Positions 27,583-35,501 of a stretch of 64,000 nt of DNA are shown piece after piece. The stretch covers positions 64,835 through 128,834 of the forward strand of contig JBAZXG010000003.1 of assembly GCA_041660005.1 (NCBI GenBank). Reading direction: 5' to 3'. The position numbers and the translations under genes were made by a program. How positions within the stretch are numbered: position 1 is the stretch's first letter; each line of letters opens with the position of its first letter. This DNA comes from Patescibacteria group bacterium. Its GTDB lineage: Bacteria > Patescibacteriota > Patescibacteriia > GWA2-46-9. The notes under the pieces are model-generated. The model was not told the DNA's origin. It saw only the letters and a list, made by a program, of their open reading frames with translations, and did not search any database.

Positions 27583-28302
27583 ATGACAAGCGAACCAAAA
27601 AATAAACAAAAAAATCAACCCATGATAGAGCTGAAAGGCGTGAGCAAGCTCTATGGGGACAATATTACTGCATTGCAAAGTGTCAGTTTTAGTATTGTTC
27701 CTGGAGAACTCGTGTCCGTCGTCGGCAGATCTGGAGCTGGCAAGAGCACTATTGTTCGGTTATTACTTGCTGAGGAGAAGGTCTCGCGCGGCAGCATCAG
27801 CGTCGGTGGCTGGGACATAACAAATGTTTCGCGTCGCGACGTACCGCAGTTGCGTCGGCAGATTGGCACGGTTTTTCAAGACTTTAAATTGCTTCCCAAA
27901 AAAACTATTTTTGAAAATGTTGCCTTTGCGCTCGAGGTGAGTGGAGAAGCATCAAAGATTATTCGTGAAGTGGTGCCGCAAGTTTTGCAACTGGTCGGTT
28001 TAGGTAACCGCTTGCATCAATACCCGGCGCAACTTTCTGGCGGTGAACAGCAGCGTGCCAGTATTGCGCGTTCACTCATCCATCGTCCGAAGCTGTTACT
28101 TGCTGACGAACCGACAGGGAATCTTGACTCGATTAACACCGCAGAAATTATTGATCTTCTAAAAAAGATTAATGATCTTGGCACCACCGTGGTGCTGGTA
28201 ACGCACAACCGCGACGTAGTGAATACTTTGCGTAAGCGCGTTATCACGCTCGACAAGGGAACTATTATTTCAGACCAAGCTGTTGGTCGTTACGTTTTAT
28301 AA
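27583..28302 (+). CDS. ftsE: Cell division ATP-binding protein FtsE
   Basis: Walker A GRSGAGKST, ABC signature LSGGEQQR, Walker B LLLADEPTGNLD. It is followed directly by ftsX. Confidence 0.9.
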   Translation: MTSEPKNKQKNQPMIELKGVSKLYGDNITALQSVSFSIVPGELVSVVGRSGAGKSTIVRLLLAEEKVSRGSISVGGWDITNVSRRDVPQLRRQIGTVFQDFKLLPKKTIFENVAFALEVSGEASKIIREVVPQVLQLVGLGNRLHQYPAQLSGGEQQRASIARSLIHRPKLLLADEPTGNLDSINTAEIIDLLKKINDLGTTVVLVTHNRDVVNTLRKRVITLDKGTIISDQAVGRYVL

Positions 28303-28320
28303 TTGAGAATTGAGGTCATT

Positions 28321-29235
28321 ATGATTGCTGCTACACATAGAGTCCTACGTTTTGCTCTCCAGTCAATGTGGAGAAATTTATGGTTGACCATTGCCACAGG
28401 CGCCACAATTGCCCTCACGGTTTTTTCTCTGAGCAGTCTTCTGGCTATTCACGTTGGCATTGCACAAGTTGTTCGGTCGGTCGAGAGTCAGCTTGATCTT
28501 ACGTTGACACTTTACCCAACCGTCACGGAGTCACAAGCAAATACCCTCGTTGTTGCCATCAATGGACTCCCAAATGTAAAGAAAGTTACCTACGTATCTA
28601 AGGAGCAAGTGCTCGAAGAGCAAAAACAAAGTGGCGACGCCGAAGTGCTACGGTCGCTAGAAGCGATCGGGGAGAACCCTTTTGGCGCGTCACTCATTGT
28701 TGAAGCCACAGACTCGAAGGCGTATCTCGCGATCATTGACGAGCTAAAAAAAGAGCAGTACTCCGCGCTTATCGAAGGCCAAGAAAAGCACTTTGAAGAG
28801 AACAAGAATTTTTTGCAGAATTTCTCCAATTTTGCCGATAAGGTCCGCTATGCAGCACTGGCTGTAACGGCTGTATTTGCCCTTATAAGCGCCTTAATGG
28901 TGTTTAATGCCGTACGGGTAGCGATTTACACACAGAGGGAGGAAATCACGGTTATGCGCCTCGTCGGAGCGACAAGTTCATTCATTCGTGGACCATACCT
29001 CGCCGAACTATTTATTTACTCTGTTACGTCAGTCATTATTGGCGGTGCGTTATTCATGGGTCTGCTGTATGCCGGCCAACCCTATCTATCAACGTATTTT
29101 GGTCAGGAAAATGTTAACTTACTCGGATATTTCCAAGACAATGCACTCCTTATTTTTGGCGCTCAATTTGTAGGGCTAATGCTTTTGAGCATGGTCAGCG
29201 CGTCACTGGCAGTGCAGCGATATTTGAGCGTTTAG
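28321..29235 (+). CDS. ftsX: Cell division permease FtsX
   Basis: ORF 28303..29235. The ATG at 28321 is preceded by GAGG. Topology is TM1, a periplasmic loop domain, then three C-terminal TM helices, typical of FtsX. Confidence 0.85.
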   Translation: MIAATHRVLRFALQSMWRNLWLTIATGATIALTVFSLSSLLAIHVGIAQVVRSVESQLDLTLTLYPTVTESQANTLVVAINGLPNVKKVTYVSKEQVLEEQKQSGDAEVLRSLEAIGENPFGASLIVEATDSKAYLAIIDELKKEQYSALIEGQEKHFEENKNFLQNFSNFADKVRYAALAVTAVFALISALMVFNAVRVAIYTQREEITVMRLVGATSSFIRGPYLAELFIYSVTSVIIGGALFMGLLYAGQPYLSTYFGQENVNLLGYFQDNALLIFGAQFVGLMLLSMVSASLAVQRYLSV

Positions 29236-29296
29236 TGTATCTAAACGCCCGCTGTTTACTGAAATCACAATAATCGTTACTATAAGGCGCACCTGA

Positions 29297-29370
29297 TGGG
29301 GGATCGTCTAATGGTAGGACAGCGGCCTTTGAAGCCGTGAATCATGGTTCGAATCCATGTCCCCCAGCCA
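29297..29370 (+). tRNA. tRNA-Gln (anticodon UUG), CCA encoded
   Basis: TGGGGGA-TC-GTCT-AATGGTA-GGAC-A-GCGGC-CTTTGAA-GCCGT-GAAT-CATGG-TTCGAAT-CCATG-TCCCCCA-G-CCA. The U1-A72 pair is typical of bacterial tRNA-Gln. Confidence 0.92.
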
Positions 29371-29407
29371 AAAATCCTGGGCCCCCTTTACGGGGCTGAG
29401 GATTTTT
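29371..29407 (+). terminator. Hairpin terminator immediately after tRNA-Gln
   Basis: AAAATCCT-GG-GCCCC-CTTTAC-GGGGC-TG-AGGATTTT followed by T. Confidence 0.6.
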
Positions 29408-29418
29408 GATTGTAGGAG

Positions 29419-29681
29419 TATAATGGATTCGAACTTAGCATCACCCCGTGGCGGGTTTCTCGAGGGCCGAGGGGCCCTCGAAGTGGGGGTCGGGGTGAGG
29501 CGGTATGGTTCTAGGAGCTCCGCTAGCCGGCGGGGCGACGGAATCCTGTCCCCAGGTTGGAGATTTTTTGTTTGAGAGATACAATGAATTCGAAGCGGGA
29601 AGGTGTTCCGCCAGAGGCGGACAGGATGGGAAGCGAAGCGACTGGTTCTAGGCCCGTTTAACGGGCCGGAATCCATGTCCC
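29419..29681 (+). repeat. Two tandem GC-rich structured units carrying degraded copies of the tRNA-Gln 3' end
   Basis: Unit 1 is 29419-29553 and unit 2 is 29580-29681. Each reads TAyAAT-GrATTCGAA ... stable hairpin ... TGGTTCTAGG-hairpin-CGGAATCC(A)TGTCCC. Compare tRNA-Gln CATGGTTCGAATCCATGTCCCCCA. Confidence 0.6.
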
Positions 29682-29789
29682 TTCAACGAGCACCGGCGAA
29701 GTTGGTACAGAGCGCACCAGCGCGAATGTAATACTTTGCCAATGGACTATCTGCGTATAAGGCGGTTCGAATTGCTTGTTAATTGACCT

Positions 29790-30515
29790 ATGTTATTCAC
29801 GAAAAAAGAAATTTTAGATGAAATAAGACGTACCGCAGAAGAAAACGGGGGTATACCCTTAGGCATGGACAGGTTCAAAAAAGAAACTGGGATAGGCCCA
29901 TTTGACGTAAGCAGATATTGGCCACGCTTTGGTGATGCGATAAGTGAAGCTGGATTGACGCGAAACGAACGATGGACACGTTATTCTGACGATCTTTTAA
30001 TAGAGAAGTCAATTGAAAAAATAAGGAAGTATGGTAGGTACCCAACCTTGAATGAATTATTTGTGGAATTTAATCAGGGTGATGATTTTCCGTTTCACAT
30101 ATTCAAAAAACGTTCTCAACCTTACATGGTAAAGAAAATACTTGAATACTGTCATAGTAGAAACGGTTATGAAGATGTCATTCAGGCTTGTGAACCTATT
30201 CTTAAAAAATTGAACAGTAAGGATGACCTATATAGTGATACCAAAAAGACCGAAAAAATTGGTGAGGTTTATCTCTTTAAATCCGGTAAATACTATAAGA
30301 TTGGAAAAACAAATGATACCGTGCGACGTGGAAAAGAACTTCGAATTCAACTGCCTGAAAATTTAAAGCTAATTCATTCAATTAAAACTGATGACACAAG
30401 TGGTATTGAAACATATTGGCACAAAAGGTTTGAGGGTAAGAGGATGAACGGTGAATGGTTTGATTTAAGTGCAGCAGATATTAAATCCTTTAAAAGCTGG
30501 AGGCGTATAGCTTAG
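29790..30515 (+). CDS. GIY-YIG superfamily (T5orf172/MUG113-type) protein with two N-terminal homing-endonuclease-associated helical repeats
   Basis: N-terminal repeats KKEILDEIRRTAEENGGIPL...RFGDAISEAGL and a second degenerate copy. The C-terminus reads GEVYLFKSGKYYKIGKTNDTVRRGKEL...YWHKRFEGKRMNGEWFDL. Confidence 0.65.
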   Translation: MLFTKKEILDEIRRTAEENGGIPLGMDRFKKETGIGPFDVSRYWPRFGDAISEAGLTRNERWTRYSDDLLIEKSIEKIRKYGRYPTLNELFVEFNQGDDFPFHIFKKRSQPYMVKKILEYCHSRNGYEDVIQACEPILKKLNSKDDLYSDTKKTEKIGEVYLFKSGKYYKIGKTNDTVRRGKELRIQLPENLKLIHSIKTDDTSGIETYWHKRFEGKRMNGEWFDLSAADIKSFKSWRRIA

Positions 30516-30594
30516 GTTCATTTATTATCTTAAGGTAGGTTTCGCATTCCGAAGAGTATTGGATTAATTGTGCGTGTTTTAATGAAATTGTTAT

Positions 30595-31140
30595 ATGGAT
30601 GAGAAAAACGAAGAAAGACTAGCTCCAGATGGTCTGCCGAAGCATTTTAAGATTGAGTGGAATGAGCCATTTTCTGTCTCCACTGGATCAACACCAGGAT
30701 CGTATTCTTCTGTTTCGATTCCAGTTGATTCCACAAAGTTGAAATCGGCAAAAATAAACACAGGTGGTAGTGGCGGTGTGATATTCGAAGATACGCCAGT
30801 ATATAAGTTTAAAACTACAAATTTAAAAATTAAAGACGGTAACTCTTGGGCCCATGTACGTACAAAAGTTGATTCAAGGGGAGATTATATTGATGTAATT
30901 TTTGGAAATTCAATAAACCCTCGACATTCACACATAGGATTTGAATTATCAGCTCCGCTTTTTTTAGAAATGCGAAACAAAGGCACTATTAATACAGAAT
31001 CTGCCGCTGAGGAAGGTGTAGGAGTGACCGCAGGTTCGCTTAGCTTAAAGGATACTCCTACAGGGAAATTAGTAAGACTCGACTTCGCATTAAATCTAAG
31101 TAGTAATGAAATAGAGATAACTGATTTTATTTTTATTTAG
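30595..31140 (+). CDS. Hypothetical protein (cassette gene B)
   Basis: 181-aa soluble, beta-rich ORF in the low-GC block. No family recognised. Confidence 0.45.
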   Translation: MDEKNEERLAPDGLPKHFKIEWNEPFSVSTGSTPGSYSSVSIPVDSTKLKSAKINTGGSGGVIFEDTPVYKFKTTNLKIKDGNSWAHVRTKVDSRGDYIDVIFGNSINPRHSHIGFELSAPLFLEMRNKGTINTESAAEEGVGVTAGSLSLKDTPTGKLVRLDFALNLSSNEIEITDFIFI

Positions 31141-31152
31141 TGTTTAAAGACA

Positions 31153-31629
31153 ATGACAAATATAGCTTGGAATTTAAGAAGCATCGTAATTTATGAAAAA
31201 ATCACTAACAAAGAATCCGGAAATTCAGGAGAACAAGAGATTGTGGATCTTGTACCGTGTCCGAATTGCGGTAAGAAGTTGATGAAACTTCCCCCGAACT
31301 ATCCTTTATATGACGTTCAATGCACGGGGTGCTCTTTTCGTGCCCAAGTAAAGACAAACCAGAGCAAACCAAAGTCCGTCGTTTTTGGTGCAGGATGGCA
31401 AATTATGAACAAGGTGTTGAAGTCTGGTTATATGACACCGCCCCTATTTCTTAATTTTAAGTGGCTAGAAAAAAGCATTCAAAGACAGGAAGTCCGTTTT
31501 TATCCGTTTGTACCTAAAAAGAATCTCTCCAACTACCGTCTTTCTAATACAGCCAGACGCGCCAACTACGAAATGTTTACTTATACAGGGATGGACAAAC
31601 TTCCATATTTTTCAGTATTTAAAAAATGA
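31153..31629 (+). CDS. Zinc-ribbon PD-(D/E)xK-like nuclease, DpnI/Dam-replacing-family-like catalytic domain only (cassette gene C)
   Basis: CPNCGKKL...YDVQCTGCSFRAQVKT...GAGWQIMNKVL...PPLFLNF...LSNTARRANY is colinear with my recollection of the DpnI N-terminal domain. There is no winged-helix C-terminal domain. Confidence 0.5.
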   Translation: MTNIAWNLRSIVIYEKITNKESGNSGEQEIVDLVPCPNCGKKLMKLPPNYPLYDVQCTGCSFRAQVKTNQSKPKSVVFGAGWQIMNKVLKSGYMTPPLFLNFKWLEKSIQRQEVRFYPFVPKKNLSNYRLSNTARRANYEMFTYTGMDKLPYFSVFKK

Positions 31630-31662
31630 TAAGGTGTTTAGAAATTATAATTAGTGAATAAT

Positions 31663-32535
31663 ATGGATCAGTCTTCCGTGTTGGCTTTAGCAAGTTTATC
31701 AAAAGATATAGCACAGCTTAATTTAGGATACTTAGGAATATCAGTAGCAATTCTTGGTGCGCTTGGTGGGGTTTTTGTTTATTTTAACTTAAATCCCTTG
31801 AAAGAAAACTTAAGCAAACAAGAAAAGAAAATCGAAGATTTAAAAGCCGAAGCACACAGCTTATTAGATGAATCAAAAGTTCAATCTGAGAAAACACTTG
31901 AAGATTTTGCAATAAGTCAGTTTGATAAAACGAGCCTACTTCTTAAACAGCAAAAAAATGAAATTGACTTAGAGACAAAAAATAAGATACAAGATTCTCA
32001 TAGTTTGTTATCGGATAAAATTGAAAATATTTCAGAAAGTAAAGACCTGAAACTTAAAGAAATTATTCTTTCGGAGTCTAATAATAATTTAGCTATCCTA
32101 GACAAAAATCTAACCCTGAAAATTAGTACGACCAAAGAGGATGTTCTTAAAGAAATTAAGTTAGTGAATGCTGGGATAAATGCAAAAATTAAGGAATTAA
32201 GTGAAAAAGTCATAGAATTGCAGGTTTATAAATACAGTAAAGAAGGACAGATGGGTGCAATAATTTATTCTATTGAGTTGCTTGAAAATGCGATAGAAGA
32301 TTATTTTAAAACGAAAAAAGAACTTGTTAATAAGTTGGAAAATTCATCTGACGACAAGACGTTTGGGTGGAAAGTTAATTATAGGTTAGAGGGTTTAATA
32401 AAGGAAATTGGTGATTCCAAATTGGAGGAGGATGAAGTCAAAAAAATTCTTATACAAATATCAAAAATTGAAAATGAAAGTGTTTTTAAGGTTTTAGCTG
32501 GAGAACTTAAGAAAAAAGTTTTGTATAAAAATTGA
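31663..32535 (+). CDS. Single-pass membrane protein with long K/E-rich coiled coil (cassette gene D)
   Basis: TM helix LGYLGISVAILGALGGVFVYF, then about 240 aa of heptad-like K/E/L-rich sequence. GTG at 31654 is an alternative start. Confidence 0.5.
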   Translation: MDQSSVLALASLSKDIAQLNLGYLGISVAILGALGGVFVYFNLNPLKENLSKQEKKIEDLKAEAHSLLDESKVQSEKTLEDFAISQFDKTSLLLKQQKNEIDLETKNKIQDSHSLLSDKIENISESKDLKLKEIILSESNNNLAILDKNLTLKISTTKEDVLKEIKLVNAGINAKIKELSEKVIELQVYKYSKEGQMGAIIYSIELLENAIEDYFKTKKELVNKLENSSDDKTFGWKVNYRLEGLIKEIGDSKLEEDEVKKILIQISKIENESVFKVLAGELKKKVLYKN

Positions 32536-32590
32536 AGTTCCATTTTATCTGCAAACATACTAACTTGTAATAGATAATTTACCAATAAAT

Positions 32591-33538
32591 ATGGAAAATA
32601 TTGCAGAAAAATTCTTCAATTCCTTTACTAAAATGGAAGATATCGAAAAATTAATTAGCGAAGGAGAAACCGAAGGCCAATATCTAGAATGTAAAAGCCC
32701 TCAGGGTCCATATTTTGACAAAGGATTGAAATCACAGCTAGCAAAAGAACTCTCTGCTTTCGCTAATGCAGGTGGTGGGGTTATTTTATTTGGTGTTTCT
32801 ACCACAAAACATAAGCATTCTGAAACAGATGTTTTGTCTCAGATTGAAGAAGTGGGAGCAGTTAAAAAATTTAGAAAAGAACTTGACGTGATCACAACAA
32901 CCTTAATTGAACCATCTATAATATCTTGTAGGTCAAAAGTTATTTTTAGAAATCCTTCTGATTCTAGGGGAGTAGTAGTAACTTTTGTTCCTCCAACTCC
33001 TGGTGATCCAATTAGAAGTAACCTTGACCGTGAGTTTTATATAAGAATTGGGGATGATTCAAGCAAAATGCCATATGAAACCGTAAAAAAAATGTTTGCT
33101 GGGACAGCAGGTCCAGAATTATCAGCGTTGTTTAATGACAGATTAGTAAAGTTAGAAGGTGATGGATCATGGAAAATTCCAATAATTTTAAGTAACGAAT
33201 CTAGTGCTGCAGCCAAAGACACAGAAGTTTCAGTCACGGTAATAAATGGTAGTGCCTGTGAAACTATTAGTGGAGAAATCTTCAAGGATCAGTCAAATGT
33301 AAACCCTGGGTCAAAAGTATTTATGACTGATATCGATAAGCCAATTTTTAGGGGAAAGAACGTTGTGGTCGGCTATATAGTTGTAAAAATGAAAAAAGCA
33401 AAGTTTTATAAAAGAAATTTAAATCTCAAAATAGATATATTTGCTAGTAATATGAGGGCTAAAACATATACGATAACAATAAAACTCGCAAAAAAGGGCT
33501 TTTCTGTAATGAAAACTAAGTCTGAATATTTATACTAG
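32591..33538 (+). CDS. AlbA_2/Schlafen-type putative nucleic-acid-binding domain protein with unknown C-terminal domain (cassette gene E)
   Basis: EGETEGQYLECKSPQ...LAKELSAFANAGGGVILFGVS matches the AlbA_2 (PF04326-like) pattern as I recall it. The C-terminal ~170 aa are unassigned. Confidence 0.55.
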   Translation: MENIAEKFFNSFTKMEDIEKLISEGETEGQYLECKSPQGPYFDKGLKSQLAKELSAFANAGGGVILFGVSTTKHKHSETDVLSQIEEVGAVKKFRKELDVITTTLIEPSIISCRSKVIFRNPSDSRGVVVTFVPPTPGDPIRSNLDREFYIRIGDDSSKMPYETVKKMFAGTAGPELSALFNDRLVKLEGDGSWKIPIILSNESSAAAKDTEVSVTVINGSACETISGEIFKDQSNVNPGSKVFMTDIDKPIFRGKNVVVGYIVVKMKKAKFYKRNLNLKIDIFASNMRAKTYTITIKLAKKGFSVMKTKSEYLY

Positions 33539-33689
33539 GATCATACTCGAGGCGCTTTCTTTTGCCGTAACAAAAGAGTCAGCAATAACATTGTAAAGTA
33601 ACGAGTCAAAAGGTTAGTGCTCGAAAACGGCAGCAAAAATTCCTCCCTCCACGGTTGGAACTTTCCCCCTCGCGAGATACAATTTAAAC

Positions 33690-33935
33690 ATGCCTAAAAC
33701 AGCCCCATCTTTCACACATAAAGTTCCAGCGGACTTCCGAAGGGCTATTGGCTCTACCCCTCGCGCGAAAGCGGTATGGGATGATATCACTCCAATAGCA
33801 CGCAATGAGTGGATTTGCTGGGTAACATCCGGCAAAAAAGCCGAGACGCGAAATATCCGGATCGCAAAAGCACTTTCAAAACTAAGTGGAGGAATGCGCA
33901 GACCTTGCTGTTGGGCCAGCTGTCCGCACCGTTGA
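33690..33935 (+). CDS. YdeI/OmpD-associated family protein (short form)
   Basis: VPADFRRAIGSTPRAKAVWDDITPIARNEWICWVTSGKKAETRNIRIAKALSKL...RRPCCWASCPH is a typical YdeI C-terminal domain. Its GC is normal, unlike its neighbours. Confidence 0.7.
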   Translation: MPKTAPSFTHKVPADFRRAIGSTPRAKAVWDDITPIARNEWICWVTSGKKAETRNIRIAKALSKLSGGMRRPCCWASCPHR

Positions 33936-33973
33936 GAAAAACAGGTAAGTTTTCTGCCATAGTGGTAACAAAT

Positions 33974-34495
33974 ATGCAGCCCTATAGATTTAGTCCAATA
34001 GAAAATAAAGAACAGTTGTTAGAAGCTATAGAATATACGCATTTTAAATGTTTTGAGTTATGCAAAAAGAACTTTGGCAGATATCTTCCCGTTGCCGGTA
34101 ATATCGGAATATTTTCTCATTATGATGATGAGTATGAGTTTCTTACAAAGTTAAGAGAAGAACTAACTGAAAAGTCCGATAATTGGAACCATAAGTATTA
34201 CCGTCTTCTCGAGCCTATAAGAATTGCCGCAAAGGGTGATGTGCCTGATACTGTATATACTTATCTCTATATTCGTAAACCAGATAAGCATAAGGAAGTT
34301 GGCGATGTTGATTTTGTCTTGGGTCTCAATGAATTTAGTGAATTAAAAGACTCTTTACATCACAGCAAGGAAATCAAAGGTATAGAAGTATTCGACCGCG
34401 TTGACCTTGATCTAATTAAACTGTTCGACTCCGATACTGATGTCCTTTCTTTTATCGGGACGAAGAACATGACCGAAAATATACGACCATTATGA
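33974..34495 (+). CDS. Hypothetical protein
   Basis: ATG at 33974 inside ORF 33809..34495; the upstream part overlaps ydeI in another frame. Low GC. No family recognised. Confidence 0.4.
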   Translation: MQPYRFSPIENKEQLLEAIEYTHFKCFELCKKNFGRYLPVAGNIGIFSHYDDEYEFLTKLREELTEKSDNWNHKYYRLLEPIRIAAKGDVPDTVYTYLYIRKPDKHKEVGDVDFVLGLNEFSELKDSLHHSKEIKGIEVFDRVDLDLIKLFDSDTDVLSFIGTKNMTENIRPL

Positions 34496-34749
34496 CCCCA
34501 TACAAACACACGCAAATTGGATATCTGATGCTGGTTGTTACGTTTTGTGTGCTGGTGCTCTTCGCATGGGCGCAAATTACGGTTCGGCTTGAGCCGCCCT
34601 CTGCCGACTCTGGAGCAAATTTTGCCATTACTGCGATAATGGTATTAGTTCTGTTTATTGTAACCGATTTCCACCGTCAAAATAAGACCGGAATCATGTC
34701 CACGGGGGCTATGGCCTATACCGTGCTTATCCTCTTATTCTTGTGTTAG
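34492..34749 (+). pseudogene. Truncated duplicate of the 5' part of gene 36310..36774
   Basis: The first 168 nt (34492-34659) are about 89% identical to 36310-36477 by hand alignment with 18 mismatches. The reading frame then diverges and stops after 85 codons. Confidence 0.6.
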
Positions 34750-34779
34750 TTCCAATTATAGTATATAATTTAAACCAAA

Positions 34780-34799
34780 GGTACCCATATTTGGGTACC
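34780..34799. promoter_or_regulatory. Inverted repeat (candidate AbiEi operator) upstream of abiEi
   Basis: GGTACCCA-TATT-TGGGTACC, 48 nt upstream of the ATG at 34847 and just downstream of a TATAGTATATAAT stretch. Confidence 0.45.
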
Positions 34800-34846
34800 A
34801 ATATCGTACAAATCATCAATTTACTTGTAGTGAGCAAAGTCGCACT

Positions 34847-35494
34847 ATGGAAAAAGACTACATTTTAGACTTAATGAGATCAAAGAAGACTGTCTTTACT
34901 TTTAAAGACCTTATTTTGCTTTGGGGAGAATCTGACGTCAATTTTGTTAAGAAGAAGATTCATCGCTATGTTAAAGCTGGCAAAATGAACGCTGTACGCA
35001 GAGGCATTTACTCCAAAGATAAAAATTACGATAAATACGAGTTAGCTACAAAAATATATACTCCTTCATACGTCAGCATGGAGACGGCTTTAGGCGCGGC
35101 CGGAATTACTTTTCAGCTGTACGGGCAGATTTTTATTGCGTCATATACCACCAAAGAAATTGAGTGTGATGGGCAGAAATATTCTTATAAGAAAATAAAG
35201 GATACCATTCTCACCAATCAGGCTGGTATAGAGTCAAGAGAAAATTACAGTATCGCTTCGCGCGAAAGAGCATTTTTGGATGTTATCTATCTCAATAAGG
35301 ATTATCATTTTGATAATCTCTCGGCTTTGAATTGGGAAAAAGTATACGAAATCTTACCCATTTATCGTGGTAATAAACGTATGGCTAAGATGGTGAAAAT
35401 GTACCATAAAGCATTTTCTGCCGACTTGTCCGCCGAAGCCGCAGCGCAGGCGGGAGGAGGTCCGCCTCTAGCAGAAAGAATTCCAACTAGATAA
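34847..35494 (+). CDS. AbiEi-family type IV toxin-antitoxin antitoxin
   Basis: The N-terminal wHTH-like segment (FTFKDLILLWGESDVNFVKKKIHRYVKAGKMNAVRRGIYS) and its position directly upstream of an AbiEii gene support the call. Confidence 0.75.
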   Translation: MEKDYILDLMRSKKTVFTFKDLILLWGESDVNFVKKKIHRYVKAGKMNAVRRGIYSKDKNYDKYELATKIYTPSYVSMETALGAAGITFQLYGQIFIASYTTKEIECDGQKYSYKKIKDTILTNQAGIESRENYSIASRERAFLDVIYLNKDYHFDNLSALNWEKVYEILPIYRGNKRMAKMVKMYHKAFSADLSAEAAAQAGGGPPLAERIPTR

Positions 35495-35501
35495 TAATCA
35501 T

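Noticed and set aside
29308-29676. ORFs 29308..29676 (-) and 29357..29575 (+), of 122 and 72 aa, in the region after tRNA-Gln.
   Set aside because: They overlap the tRNA and the GC-rich hairpin units. Their open frames are explained by GC richness and palindromic sequence, and the translations are low-complexity Pro/Arg/Gly-rich with no start context.
29408-29700. The idea that the GC-rich units are a tmRNA (GGATTCGAA resembles the tmRNA 5' GGAUUCGAC region) or a tRNA with a T-loop intron.
   Set aside because: I could not build an acceptor stem, a normal T-arm, a 7-nt anticodon loop with U33 or a tag reading frame. The candidate anticodon hairpin has a 5-nt loop or C33. The region is kept only as an unexplained structured repeat.
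29742-29753. The 12-mer ATGGACTATCTG is shared between 29742-29753 (upstream of the cassette) and 59970-59981 (next to purM), as a possible common att core.
   Set aside because: In 64 kb roughly a hundred exact 12-mer pairs are expected by chance, and the match does not extend on either side.
33614-33835. ORF 33614..33835 (-), 73 aa, plus the upstream extension of ORF 33809..34495.
   Set aside because: The first is antisense to the well-supported ydeI-like gene. The second overlaps ydeI out of frame, so its start was moved to the ATG at 33974.
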